Source of the DNA: Thermodesulfovibrionia bacterium
GTDB lineage: Bacteria > Nitrospirota > Thermodesulfovibrionia > UBA6902
Assembly: GCA_947259735.1 (NCBI GenBank)
Contig: CAMYNN010000001.1
Location: 40,409 to 104,408, forward strand
Direction: 5' to 3'
DNA: 64,000 nucleotides
Position 1 is the stretch's first letter; each line of letters begins with the position of its first letter. The notes under the pieces are model-generated. The model ran no database searches. It was given only the letters and a program-made list of their open reading frames with translations, and had not been told where the DNA came from. Positions 40,992 through 51,374 of this stretch are shown piece by piece. A program made the translations under genes and the position numbers.

Positions 40992-42299
40992 ATGAATGAA
41001 AATATGAATTCAGTCCTCGTTGTAGACGATGATCCCCAGATGAGAGCAGCGCTGAAGGAGGCCGTGGACAGAATGGGATGTTCAGCGATAGTTGCTGAAG
41101 ATCCTGTTCATGCACTGAAGACACTTGATAACAATGCTGTTTCCATGATTGTCACTGACATGAAGATGCCAAAAATGGACGGACTCTCCTTTATTAAGGA
41201 AGCAAGGAAAAAGCTCGGGGATTTGCCAATACTGGTTATTACAGGCTATGCAACGGTAGAAAATGCCGTGGATGTCATGAAAGAAGGTGTGTGCGACTAT
41301 CTGATGAAGCCCTTTTCCTTTGAGGCACTGACGGGCAAGATTGAATCAATAATGTCCCGGAAGCGCAATAAAGGAAGGGATATTATTTCCTCTGACGAGA
41401 AGATGAAAAATATTCTTCAGCTAGCCGGAAACGTTGCATCAAGCGACATGACCGTCCTCATACTGGGCGAAAGCGGAACAGGGAAAGAAATGCTCGCCCA
41501 GTATATCCATACATCAAGCCGGAGAAGCAAAAAACCTCTTATTGCAGTCAACTGCGCCGCAATTCCCGATAACCTTCTTGAGTCCGAGCTTTTCGGATTT
41601 GAGAAGGGTGCCTTTACCGGGGCTGCAGAGAAGAAAGTGGGAAAATTTGAGCTTGCCCATGGAGGGACTATTTTACTTGATGAAATAGGGGAAATGTCTT
41701 CGATTTTGCAGGCAAAACTGCTCAGGGTACTTCAGGAAAAAGAAATAGACAGAATTGGTGGAAAGCAGCCTGTACCTGTTGATGTGCGGGTCATAGCGAC
41801 TACAAACAGGGACCTGCAGACGGAAATAACAGAAGGGAGATTCAGGGAAGATCTTTATTTCAGGATTAGTGTATTCCCCATCGAACTGCCTCCATTGAGG
41901 GAGCGGCCCGATGACATTGAAGTGCTGGCAGAGCACTTTGCAGATAAATTTGCACTCGAGCTCAACAAGAAGGTACATGGTTTTCGTGATGAGGCTATCG
42001 ATTTGCTGAAATCGAGAGCATGGAAAGGAAACATAAGAGAACTTGAGAATGTAGTCCACAGGGCGGTGCTGATTTCACGGGATGAATCTATAGGAGTTGA
42101 TGACTTCATGATGGATGGGAGCAATCCCCAGAATGCAGCGGGCAAGGGAAGCATCAAGGATATGGAAATGGACCTGATAATGAAAACTCTTGAAAACACA
42201 AATGGCAATAAAACGAAGGCGGCGCGGCTCCTTGGAGTAAGCGTGAGAACTATACGGAATAAACTCAACGGATACGGGAAAAATTTTCCTGTAGTGTGA
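40992..42299 (+). CDS. Sigma-54-dependent response regulator, FleR/FlrC/FlgR-like.
   Basis: REC, AAA+ with GAFTGA, HTH. ATG at 40992, 1 nt after the kinase stop. Confidence 0.85.
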   Translation: MNENMNSVLVVDDDPQMRAALKEAVDRMGCSAIVAEDPVHALKTLDNNAVSMIVTDMKMPKMDGLSFIKEARKKLGDLPILVITGYATVENAVDVMKEGVCDYLMKPFSFEALTGKIESIMSRKRNKGRDIISSDEKMKNILQLAGNVASSDMTVLILGESGTGKEMLAQYIHTSSRRSKKPLIAVNCAAIPDNLLESELFGFEKGAFTGAAEKKVGKFELAHGGTILLDEIGEMSSILQAKLLRVLQEKEIDRIGGKQPVPVDVRVIATTNRDLQTEITEGRFREDLYFRISVFPIELPPLRERPDDIEVLAEHFADKFALELNKKVHGFRDEAIDLLKSRAWKGNIRELENVVHRAVLISRDESIGVDDFMMDGSNPQNAAGKGSIKDMEMDLIMKTLENTNGNKTKAARLLGVSVRTIRNKLNGYGKNFPVV

Positions 42300-42423
42300 A
42301 AGAATGTACCGTCAAGAACATGACATCAGAGCGTGGAACCGATACAATGTCCACTTCTCGATAAAGTGGGCTAACTATACAAAATATAAGCTAAAAACAT
42401 ATTTGTTCGCAGGGAATCCATGG

Positions 42424-42438
42424 TGGCATGATTTTTGT
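42424..42438 (+). promoter_or_regulatory. Candidate sigma-54 promoter TGGCATgattt-TTGT (the -12 element is GT, not GC), 38 nt upstream of flgB.
   Basis: Spacing is correct. One mismatch in the -12 element and one in the -24 element. Confidence 0.3.
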
Positions 42439-42475
42439 ATATTTAGGTATAGAAAACAGTATGAGGTGATAAGAA

Positions 42476-42844
42476 ATGGATAGAACTTTCGGTGTACTGC
42501 ACAAAATTCTGCAGGCCACGAACATGAGGCAGAAAGTGCTTGCTTCTAATGTTGCAAACGCAGAAACTCCCGGCTATAAGGCCAGGGATATAAAGTTCGA
42601 GAGTTTTCTGAAAAATGAAATGAAGCTTAAGTCCACAGACCCTAAGCACGTCAGTAATAGCAAAAGCGCCAAAATAAGCGGTTCTATCGTTCATGAAAGT
42701 AATCTGTCCTGGGGTGACCGTAACAATGTGGAGCTAAATTCTGAAGTAGCCAAAATGACGGAAAATTCACTGAAACATGATGCTGCTATAAAAATATTGA
42801 ACTCTAAAATAAAAATGTTCAGGAATGCAATAAGAGGGAGGTAA
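42476..42844 (+). CDS. flgB: Flagellar basal-body rod protein FlgB.
   Basis: SNVANAETPGYKA motif. Confidence 0.9.
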   Translation: MDRTFGVLHKILQATNMRQKVLASNVANAETPGYKARDIKFESFLKNEMKLKSTDPKHVSNSKSAKISGSIVHESNLSWGDRNNVELNSEVAKMTENSLKHDAAIKILNSKIKMFRNAIRGR

Positions 42845-42847
42845 TCA

Positions 42848-43255
42848 ATGAATCTCTTCAAAGTAAGCGCTTCGGCCCTTGAGGCCCACCGTGTAAGAAT
42901 GAACACAATAGCCTCAAACATGGCGAATGCGCAATCTACCAAAACTCAGGAAGGCGGGCCTTATGTGAAAAAAAGTGTCCTATTCCAGACAATGCCGGTC
43001 AACATGAATGCTGAAGAAGGTCTGGAAGGAGTACGGGTATCGGGAATCGTTGAAGAGGAAAAGCCCCCGATTATTGTATATGATCCCGCACATCCTGATG
43101 CAGACGGTGAGGGATACGTAAAAATGCCGAACATCAATGTTCTTGAAGAAATGGTGAATATGATGATGGCTTTAAGGGCCTATGAAGCCAATGTAAGGGC
43201 ATTTAATATTTCAAAGGGCATGTATCAGAAAGCCCTTGAAATCGGGAGGGTATAA
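42848..43255 (+). CDS. flgC: Flagellar basal-body rod protein FlgC.
   Basis: SNMANA...Y motif and the C-terminal rod motif. Confidence 0.9.
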   Translation: MNLFKVSASALEAHRVRMNTIASNMANAQSTKTQEGGPYVKKSVLFQTMPVNMNAEEGLEGVRVSGIVEEEKPPIIVYDPAHPDADGEGYVKMPNINVLEEMVNMMMALRAYEANVRAFNISKGMYQKALEIGRV

Positions 43256-43554
43256 TGTCTGATATTCCAGTAAAAAATATCGGTGAAACCATCAATCTTG
43301 ATGAAATGAAGCAGTCCACCTCTGTTCAAAATGAACCGGGAGGCAGCTTTGATGCGGTCATTAATGAAGCACTCAGCACGGTTTCCCAGGTACAGGAGAA
43401 TGTCGACAAAGCTGTCAATGAGCTCGCAAATGGAGGTGACATCACCGATGCAGTGCTTGCAATAGAAAAAGCTGACATGTCATTTCAGTTAATGGTTGAA
43501 ATAAGGAACAAACTCATAACTACCTATGAAGAAGTAATGAAGATGCAGGTCTAG
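43255..43554 (+). CDS. fliE: Flagellar hook-basal body protein FliE.
   Basis: Size, position and the conserved C-terminal helical region. Confidence 0.8.
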   Translation: MSDIPVKNIGETINLDEMKQSTSVQNEPGGSFDAVINEALSTVSQVQENVDKAVNELANGGDITDAVLAIEKADMSFQLMVEIRNKLITTYEEVMKMQV

Positions 43555-43631
43555 CATGACGCCCATCAATTCCCCTTTTGATAAGGATTTGACCGCAGAA
43601 ATTATTATACAGAGATTAAGAAAGGATCCTA

Positions 43632-45179
43632 ATGGCTGCTCTTGATAATATTTCACAACAGATTAAAGCGATGCCTGCAAGCAGAATGACCGCTCTTCTT
43701 TCGGTTATTGTCATTTGCATTGCAGGTATGCTGCTTTTGTTTACCTGGCTCCAGAAAGCCGATTATCAGGTTCTCTACGCCAACCTTTCAGAAGAAGACG
43801 CAGGAAGGATAACTGAGGAATTAAAAGCCGGGAACATCCCCTACCAGCTTGCATCAACGGGGACCATTCTCGTGTCATCGGAGAAAGTATACGATCTCCG
43901 GCTTCAGCTTGCGTCCCAGGGTATGCCACAGGGCGGGGGGGTCGGATTTGAAATATTTGACAATACAAGTTTCACAACCAGTGAATTTGTTACAAAACTG
44001 AACTACCGGAGGGCACTTGAAGGCGAACTGGCCCGTACTGTTAAATCACTTTCAGGAGTACGGCAGGGAAGAGTCCATCTTGTCATTCCCGATAAAACGG
44101 TTTTTGCATTTCAGGAAGACAAGCCAAAAACATCGGCCGCCGTATTCGTCACTCTTGAAAAAGGCAGAAAACTGAACAGGGGCGAGGTTCAGGGGATCGT
44201 TCACTTTGTGTCGAGCAGTGTAGAAGATCTCGATCCGGTAAACATTACAGTCATTGACAATGAGGGAAACCTTCTCACAAGACCTAGTGATGATGGAGAG
44301 ATGAGCCTTACGGGATCACGAATGGAATATCAGCATAATTTCGAGAAGAACCTGATGTCCAAGATAGTGAGCATTCTTGAGCCAGTTGTCGGGAGAGGGA
44401 AAGTAAATGCGCGGGTTACGGCATCCTTCGACTTTACAAGGAGTGAAAGGACTGAAGAAACCTATGATCCCGAGGGAGTTGTTGTAAGGAGCGAGCAGAA
44501 AAGCACCGAAAAATCAACGTCAGGCGGTCAGGGTGGTGTGCCCGGTGTAACGGCGAACCTGCCTGGAGGCAGTTCTTCACAGGGTTCATCTCTGTTTGGA
44601 CAATCTCAGAAGCAGGACGAGATGATCAACTATGAAACAAGCAAGACGATTACAAGAGTTGTGGATTCACCTGTTTCCCTGGAACGAATTTCCGTTGCAA
44701 TTCTCATCGACGGTATTGTATCTACCCAGAAAGGCATAGGTGAAAACGCGGATAAGTATATAGAACGTTCGGAAGAGGACATCAAGTATTACGAAGACAT
44801 TGTCAAGAAATCAGTCGGCTTTACCGAGGACAGGGGAGATGAAATCAGTGTCACGGTAATGCCATTTGAAACAGAGGCCGTAGAGGAGATGGTTATAGAA
44901 AAGGATTATATGCCGATGATCATGAGCGTACTTAAATATATCGCGCCCCTCATCGTGGCACTCCTGTTTTTTCTCTTTGTTATCCGTCCTCTGATGACAT
45001 CATTGACGAAACCGGTAAGGGCAGGGTCCCCAGGAAGCATGGTTCCTCAGGAGCAGAACCAGCTGGCGTCTCCTCTTGAGGCAAAAGAAATCCCGCTTGA
45101 GAAAAAGGTGATTGAGTGGGCGAACAGCAACACGGGGCAGGCTGCCGGCTTAGTCAAGGGCTGGCTGGAGGAAAAATAG
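43632..45179 (+). CDS. fliF: Flagellar MS-ring protein FliF.
   Basis: N-terminal TM segment, YscJ/FliF domain and a C-terminal TM segment. Confidence 0.9.
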   Translation: MAALDNISQQIKAMPASRMTALLSVIVICIAGMLLLFTWLQKADYQVLYANLSEEDAGRITEELKAGNIPYQLASTGTILVSSEKVYDLRLQLASQGMPQGGGVGFEIFDNTSFTTSEFVTKLNYRRALEGELARTVKSLSGVRQGRVHLVIPDKTVFAFQEDKPKTSAAVFVTLEKGRKLNRGEVQGIVHFVSSSVEDLDPVNITVIDNEGNLLTRPSDDGEMSLTGSRMEYQHNFEKNLMSKIVSILEPVVGRGKVNARVTASFDFTRSERTEETYDPEGVVVRSEQKSTEKSTSGGQGGVPGVTANLPGGSSSQGSSLFGQSQKQDEMINYETSKTITRVVDSPVSLERISVAILIDGIVSTQKGIGENADKYIERSEEDIKYYEDIVKKSVGFTEDRGDEISVTVMPFETEAVEEMVIEKDYMPMIMSVLKYIAPLIVALLFFLFVIRPLMTSLTKPVRAGSPGSMVPQEQNQLASPLEAKEIPLEKKVIEWANSNTGQAAGLVKGWLEEK

Positions 45180-46166
45180 ATGGCCATGAATGGACTGGAA
45201 AAAGCCGCAATTTTTCTCAGCTCTGTAGGTGAGAATGCCGCGTCCGAAATATTAAAGGAACTAGATCCCGCCGATATAGGCAAAATTTCCTCTTACATGT
45301 CAAAGACCCAGAAGATAGATCACAATAAACTGGAGAGTGTCCTGAAGGAAACACTGGAGAAGGTAGTAAGCGGTGATGTCAATATTGCCGGTGAGGAATA
45401 CGTGAAAAAAATACTTACCAAAGGATTGGGAGATGACAATGCAGTAAAGATACTCGATATGGTTTCAAAAGAGAGTCCGCTGGAGTCTCTGAAGTGGGTC
45501 AACCCGAAGATCTTATCGAGCTTTCTCATAACTGAACACCCTCAGACAATCGCCCTCATTCTGTGCCTTCTGGATTCGGATCAGGCGGCAGAAATAATGT
45601 CAGAATTGCCTGAGCATGTGAGGAGTGATGTTGCCCTGAGGGTTGCGTCAACGGAAAGGATTCCAGAGAGTGCTCTGGTGGAAATAGAGGAAGTTCTCAA
45701 GGGACAGCTCGACATAAATAAAGGGAATGAGGGCAAATCCTTTGAAGGGACAAAGATGCTTGCCGAGATTCTGAATCAATGTGATCGGAGTGTGGAGCAG
45801 GGCATACTTGAAAAAATAGAGACATCGAATGAGACACTGGCAGATTCGATACGGGAGCTGATGCTCGTTTTTGATGATCTTGAGAAGATTGATGACAGAG
45901 GAATACAGATGATCCTGAAAGAAATTGCATCAGAGGACCTCTCTCTTGCTCTCAAAACTGCATCAAATGAGCTGAAGGAAAAAATATTCAGGAACATGTC
46001 ACAGAGGGCGGTCCAGATATTGAAAGAAGATATGGAGAGCAAAGGGCCTGTAAAAGTATCAGAGGTGGAAGGTGCCCAGCAGAACATTGTCAGGCTTGCC
46101 AGGAGACTTGATGATGAAGGAAAGATTGTCATAGCTGGACGAGGAGGAGAAGAACTTATTGTATAA
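45180..46166 (+). CDS. fliG: Flagellar motor switch protein FliG.
   Basis: FliG middle and C-terminal domains (EHPQTIALIL...). Confidence 0.9.
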   Translation: MAMNGLEKAAIFLSSVGENAASEILKELDPADIGKISSYMSKTQKIDHNKLESVLKETLEKVVSGDVNIAGEEYVKKILTKGLGDDNAVKILDMVSKESPLESLKWVNPKILSSFLITEHPQTIALILCLLDSDQAAEIMSELPEHVRSDVALRVASTERIPESALVEIEEVLKGQLDINKGNEGKSFEGTKMLAEILNQCDRSVEQGILEKIETSNETLADSIRELMLVFDDLEKIDDRGIQMILKEIASEDLSLALKTASNELKEKIFRNMSQRAVQILKEDMESKGPVKVSEVEGAQQNIVRLARRLDDEGKIVIAGRGGEELIV

Positions 46167-46887
46167 CAACAAGGTGATCAGCAACAGCGATGCATTACTG
46201 TACAGCATGCCGGCGCTGGAAGACGAAAGGGAATCGAGAACAAAGGAAGAGATCCTGCATGAGGCCGCGGATATACAGAGAAAGGCCTATGAAGAGGGCT
46301 TTGGGGCCGGTGAAAAAGCAGGCTTTGCCGAAGGAGAGCAAAAAGTATCTGCGCTCATGGAAAGACTCGAAAATATTATTGGGGAAATCGCTAGATTTAA
46401 GGAGAATCTGGTGACTGAAGTCGAAAGCCAGGTTGTTGGGCTTGCAGTTGCCATGGCGAGAAAAATTGTCCTTGATGAAATCCGGACAGGGCCGGAGGTG
46501 ATGGTACCGATTGTAAAAGAGGCGTTGCGGAAAATGCAGAGAATGGGTTCCATTACGATCAAGATCAATCCTGCCCTCCATGACATTTTTTTGAAGAAGA
46601 AGTCTGAACTGACTGATATACATGAAGACATAATTATTGATATTGACTCCAGCGTTTCAATAACAGGACCACATGTGATTAGTCAGACAGAGGAGGTAGT
46701 CACCGAAATTAACTCCCTTATACAGAACATTGTTGATGATATGAATGCTGCTGGTTCTGAGAAAGTACGGGAGCGTGTACAGTTAAAGGCAGAGGCAGGA
46801 ACCCTGCGGAATAATGAAGAAGAACAGAATGTTGAAAAGACGATAGGTGCAGAAAGAGGCGGAGCGGAGGAAGAGATCAGGGAATGA
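46159..46887 (+). CDS. fliH: Flagellar assembly protein FliH, with a TTG start.
   Basis: FliH-like helical pattern. A GGAGGAG RBS precedes the TTG. Sits between fliG and fliI. Confidence 0.7.
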   Translation: MYNNKVISNSDALLYSMPALEDERESRTKEEILHEAADIQRKAYEEGFGAGEKAGFAEGEQKVSALMERLENIIGEIARFKENLVTEVESQVVGLAVAMARKIVLDEIRTGPEVMVPIVKEALRKMQRMGSITIKINPALHDIFLKKKSELTDIHEDIIIDIDSSVSITGPHVISQTEEVVTEINSLIQNIVDDMNAAGSEKVRERVQLKAEAGTLRNNEEEQNVEKTIGAERGGAEEEIRE

Positions 46888-48221
46888 TGAATATAGACCT
46901 TGAAGAGTATATGAGTGCTGTTGATAATTCGGAATGCCTGAAGGTGTATGGGCGAATAGTTGAAATAACGGGCCTTACTATTAAAGCAACCGGTCTGGAT
47001 GTCAGTATTGGAGAGGCATGCAAGATATACTCCGATAATGCCCCGTCAATAGATGCCGAAGTCGTAGGCTTTAAAGAGGGGAAAATAATTTTGATGGCAA
47101 CGGGAGAAGTCTCGGGAATCAGACACGGGAGCAGGGTATTACCGCAGGATAAGAGTATCTCCGTAAAAGTGAGTGATGAGCTTATCGGTAGAGTAATTGA
47201 TGCCACAGGCAATCCCATAGACGGCAAGGGACCGGTGCACGGAAAAGAATGCTCCCTTATCGGAATGTCTCCGAATCCTCTCATGAGACAGAGAATTGTG
47301 GAACCCATTGACATAGGCATAAGGGCCATAAACGGGCTTCTTACATGCGGCAAAGGGCAGAGGATCGGTATTATGGCCGGATCTGGTGTGGGGAAAAGCG
47401 TCTTGTTGAGTATGATTGCAAAGTACTCGGAAGCGGCAGTTAATGTGATCGCCCTGATCGGAGAGCGAAGCCGTGAGGTCAGGGAATTTGTCGAAAAGAA
47501 TCTGGGTGAGGAGGGACTGAAAAAATCAATCGTCGTTGTGTCCACCTCGGAGCAGGCACCTCTGGCAAAAGTAAGGGGGGCCTTTACAGCAACGGCAGTA
47601 GCCGAGTATTTCAGAGAGCGCGGACAGAACGTGCTCCTTCTTATGGACTCTCTGACCAGGGTTGCCATGGCACAGAGGGAAATCGGTCTTGCTGTTGGCG
47701 AACCGCCCACAACACGGGGGTACACTCCATCCGTATTCGCGCTGCTGCCGAAGCTGCTTGAGCGGGTGGGAACATCGGAGAGCAGCGGAAGCATAACCGG
47801 TCTCTATACCGTCCTTGTTGAAGGCGATGATATGCTTGAACCGGTTGCAGACATGTCCAGGTCTGTTCTTGACGGTCACATTGTACTTTCAAGGGATCTG
47901 GCAATGGAAAATCATTATCCATCAATTGACATCCTTCAGTCTGTGAGCAGGGTGATGCCCCATGTGATTGATGACAGGCATAAAGAGTATGCCGGCAAGT
48001 TTGTAGAGGCTCTTTCCATATATAAAAAATATGAGGATATGATCAATCTCGGCGCCTATAAGCAGGGATCAAATTTCAAGGTTGATTATTCGATAAAATT
48101 AATCGAAAGACTGAAGCATTACCTGAAGCAGGACATGAATGATTTGATCGATTTCACGGACAGCCTTCAGGGTCTCTATGCCATATTCGATCAGATGGAG
48201 AAGGTTAATGCCCAGGAATAA
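46884..48221 (+). CDS. fliI: Flagellum-specific ATPase FliI.
   Basis: Walker A GSGVGKS and the F1-ATPase-like fold. Confidence 0.95.
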   Translation: MMNIDLEEYMSAVDNSECLKVYGRIVEITGLTIKATGLDVSIGEACKIYSDNAPSIDAEVVGFKEGKIILMATGEVSGIRHGSRVLPQDKSISVKVSDELIGRVIDATGNPIDGKGPVHGKECSLIGMSPNPLMRQRIVEPIDIGIRAINGLLTCGKGQRIGIMAGSGVGKSVLLSMIAKYSEAAVNVIALIGERSREVREFVEKNLGEEGLKKSIVVVSTSEQAPLAKVRGAFTATAVAEYFRERGQNVLLLMDSLTRVAMAQREIGLAVGEPPTTRGYTPSVFALLPKLLERVGTSESSGSITGLYTVLVEGDDMLEPVADMSRSVLDGHIVLSRDLAMENHYPSIDILQSVSRVMPHVIDDRHKEYAGKFVEALSIYKKYEDMINLGAYKQGSNFKVDYSIKLIERLKHYLKQDMNDLIDFTDSLQGLYAIFDQMEKVNAQE

Positions 48222-48645
48222 AACAATATCAAAGATTCTGAAAATGAAAGACAGCAGGAAAAAGGAACTCGAACTTGACGTGAAAAAGGCCCATGACAGA
48301 GCAGATAAAGAGAAATCCAAATTGCATTCCATCGAACAAGACTACAAGGATACGGTACAGTGCTTTAATGAAAAGAGCGGTGATAGCGCAATGAATGTAA
48401 ACAAGATAAATTCCTATTACGATTACTTTGCTCGCATTCAGGGGAAAATAGATGAGCAGAAAAAGGTTCACGACCAGCGTGAAAGTGAACTGGAAGCATT
48501 AAAAAATAATCTGGTAGACGCCCATAAAGAAAAAAGGGCTTTTGAAATATTAAATGAAAAGGAAATTCGAAAAGATTTAAAGGAGAAACTGGATTCGGAA
48601 CAGAAAGAGGCCGACTTTCTTGCTCTCTACAGGAGAATTAAATGA
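48208..48645 (+). CDS. fliJ: Flagellar export chaperone FliJ.
   Basis: Coiled-coil protein of about 145 aa directly after fliI. Confidence 0.6.
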   Translation: MPRNKTISKILKMKDSRKKELELDVKKAHDRADKEKSKLHSIEQDYKDTVQCFNEKSGDSAMNVNKINSYYDYFARIQGKIDEQKKVHDQRESELEALKNNLVDAHKEKRAFEILNEKEIRKDLKEKLDSEQKEADFLALYRRIK

Positions 48646-49088
48646 AAAGAATTATTCTCAGCTTCATTGGTATTCTGATTTTCGTCGTCACCGCATACGG
48701 AGCGGAAGATATTGTCAGTGGTATTGAAAGACAGCGCAGTGAGCTGAACCAGAAAGAGGAAATCATAAGAAAAGAGACGGAGCGGTTGAAAACAATAAAG
48801 AAAGAAGTGGAAGAGGATATAGCCAAATATACTGACCTTCTCAATCAGATCGACAAGTCTCTGCAAAAAGCAGAGGAAGCGGGGAATAAAAGACTGAAAC
48901 CTGTAGCAAAGGCATATGAAGCGATGCCTCCGGAAGATGCTGCATCAAGGATTTCCGGACTTGATAATCTGACAGCAGTTCAGATTCTTCTGAAAATGAA
49001 CAGTAAAAAAGCGGGACTGGTCATTGGAATGATGGAAGCCCCGAAGGCTACAGTGCTGACAAAGGAAATCGCAAAACTGAAGAAGTAA
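48642..49088 (+). CDS. FlbB/MotE-like flagellar protein with an MgtE-N-like domain.
   Basis: Signal/TM N-terminus, then a coiled coil, then an MgtE_N-like segment. Positioned between fliJ and fliK. Confidence 0.45.
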   Translation: MKRIILSFIGILIFVVTAYGAEDIVSGIERQRSELNQKEEIIRKETERLKTIKKEVEEDIAKYTDLLNQIDKSLQKAEEAGNKRLKPVAKAYEAMPPEDAASRISGLDNLTAVQILLKMNSKKAGLVIGMMEAPKATVLTKEIAKLKK

Positions 49089-49444
49089 ACCAGAAGTAAC
49101 CCCTCCGTGAACTCCTTCCATAGCCGGAAGGGGTATGGAAATTTATCCCACCATTGAATACACATCAGAAGTTCAATTTTTGTATCAGCATGATATATGG
49201 GACTGATAGAATTATCGTTAGTGGGAAAAAAGTTTCTTCCGGGAAAGGAAAAACTTTCCTGTTGCTGAAAATATTTGTGTCTCTCTTCCAAAAACGATAG
49301 TGCATTCAAAGCTGTGCTGCATTACAGAAAAGAGACTATAAAAAAAATATTAGGTCCTAACCTTTTGAATATTTGCAATAATAAATAACATCCTCCTCCT
49401 TACTTTTATGAAAATTGGACAGTCAGTTAAGAATGTAAATAATT

Positions 49445-49459
49445 TGGCACGACTCTTGC
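49445..49459 (+). promoter_or_regulatory. Sigma-54 promoter TGGCACGactc-TTGC with exact GG-N10-GC spacing, ending about 13 nt before the fliK ATG.
   Basis: GG at 49446-47 and GC at 49458-59. Confidence 0.55.
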
Positions 49460-49472
49460 TTTTAAGCATGAC

Positions 49473-50684
49473 ATGGAGTTCTTACAGAACAGTCTAGCTT
49501 CATTGGAATTAATTCCGCAGAAAGGTACAGTGCAGGATTATAAACTGTACAACAGGTCTGATTCCGGTATATCGCGCTTTGAGTCGCTATTGCAGGGAAA
49601 ACGTGCAGTCCCTGAAAATAACCAGTTGTCCAGGAAAGATAACCGCTCCGAACCGGACATGAAACGGGCTGATGAATTAAAAGATGCTCATTCGTCCTGT
49701 TCACACTGTGCAGAGGACGATGATCGCTCTATACATGACAGGAATGAAGAGTTGAACCGGCAGAGCGATGAGAGGGCGGATAATCGTTCCAGGGAAACAG
49801 ATCAGACAGAAAATCATGCCGCAACTGAAAATGGTCAGGGGAATGAAGCCATTACAGTGGACAGTACGGCTCACATCGAGGCTGTATCTCATATGATTGC
49901 TGCCGGTGACGATAGTGATGTTACTGCAGGTGATGCCAGTGAGGGTGAATTAGAGGCCATATCTGATAATGAGAATGCTGCAGAAGAATTTCTCGATGAC
50001 CTTTCTGGTAAGTCTGTTTCAAAAACTGAGGCTGACAACTACGGGAAGTATTTTCCTGGCGGAGGATCGTCCGGTCTGGACTCTCAGGTAAAACAGGGAA
50101 ATACTCAAGATCCGGGCAACAGGATGATGGCAGAGCTCGCAGCTATGATGAACAGGAACAACGATGCCAGGAATATTTCTTTACAATCGCCGACTCTCCC
50201 TCAGGGGTTCTCAGCAGAGACGGAGACGGCCAATGTAAACTTTATAAATAATTCTACGACCGTCATGGAAAACAGGTCGGTGGAAAATCTTTTCTCAACG
50301 AATATATCCAGGGCCTCAGGATTTCAGGAAACGCTTGATAGCATTATATATGTGATCAAGGGCAAAAGCAGAATGGGTGTGGCCGTTGAGCATGAAAGTC
50401 TCGGAAAGTTAAATATCAATTTGAGTATGGACAAAGGCCTGGTAAATGTTCAGATAAGCGCAGCTGACAGGGTGGTCAGGGAAATGCTCGAAAACAATAT
50501 GCAGAATATTGTGGACAGGTTGAATGAGGAGGGAGTCAGCATTGGTGAGTTTTCCATAGCCCAGGAAGAACACCAGGAGAGGGAAGAGGGAAATTCATTT
50601 TTAGAGGGTGAAAATAATTCAAATAACAGCTATGAACCGGCAAGAGTATACAGCCAAAGCGGTCTTGTAAACATTTTTGCCTGA
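49473..50684 (+). CDS. fliK: Flagellar hook-length control protein FliK.
   Basis: Acidic and Gln-rich variable N-region. Conserved C-terminal FliK domain. An alternative GTG start at 49530 has an AAAGG RBS. Confidence 0.7.
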   Translation: MEFLQNSLASLELIPQKGTVQDYKLYNRSDSGISRFESLLQGKRAVPENNQLSRKDNRSEPDMKRADELKDAHSSCSHCAEDDDRSIHDRNEELNRQSDERADNRSRETDQTENHAATENGQGNEAITVDSTAHIEAVSHMIAAGDDSDVTAGDASEGELEAISDNENAAEEFLDDLSGKSVSKTEADNYGKYFPGGGSSGLDSQVKQGNTQDPGNRMMAELAAMMNRNNDARNISLQSPTLPQGFSAETETANVNFINNSTTVMENRSVENLFSTNISRASGFQETLDSIIYVIKGKSRMGVAVEHESLGKLNINLSMDKGLVNVQISAADRVVREMLENNMQNIVDRLNEEGVSIGEFSIAQEEHQEREEGNSFLEGENNSNNSYEPARVYSQSGLVNIFA

Positions 50685-50711
50685 CGCTGACGGTAGAGAG
50701 GAAGGAGTAAA

Positions 50712-51359
50712 ATGGACATATCAACAATAGGTGGAATCAGTGACAGCACAAAAAGTGCCATGGGAGCAAACATAATGGGTAAGGAGGATTTCCTCAATCT
50801 TCTCCTCCAGCAGCTGAGTCATCAGGATCCACTTAACCCCATGGACAGCACACAGTTTACCACTCAGCTTGCCCAGTTTACCTCACTGGAAGAGTTGAGC
50901 AATATTAATACTACCTTAAATGACGTCCTTTCATTTCAACAGTCAATGCAGAATGCCTCCGTCGCCGAACTCATCGGGAAGACAGTGAGCATGGAAGGGA
51001 ACACTTCAATATTGACAGACAGAGCAGAGTTTAATTATGAACTTGCAGACGATGCTTCTACTGTGGAAATATCAATCTATGATGGAACTGGAAGACTGGT
51101 ACGAACAGTAGAGAGCGCTTCTCAGGGCGCAGGATCACAGCAGTATGTGTGGGACGGAAAAGACAGTTTCGGGAACCAGATGAGTGAAGGATCCTACACA
51201 TTTGAAGTCAATGCCATGGATTTGTCCGGGAATCCCGTACAGGTACTGAGCACGGCATCGGGTATAGTGAAGGAGGTCATGTTCGAGGACGGACTCACCT
51301 TCATTCTGCTCAATAATGGTGTGAAAATTAATCTTAGTGATATCAAGTCTATAGGATAA
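50712..51359 (+). CDS. flgD: Flagellar hook capping protein FlgD.
   Basis: FLNLLLQQLSHQDPLNPMD N-terminal motif. Confidence 0.85.
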   Translation: MDISTIGGISDSTKSAMGANIMGKEDFLNLLLQQLSHQDPLNPMDSTQFTTQLAQFTSLEELSNINTTLNDVLSFQQSMQNASVAELIGKTVSMEGNTSILTDRAEFNYELADDASTVEISIYDGTGRLVRTVESASQGAGSQQYVWDGKDSFGNQMSEGSYTFEVNAMDLSGNPVQVLSTASGIVKEVMFEDGLTFILLNNGVKINLSDIKSIG

Positions 51360-51374
51360 AGGAGGCTACACACG

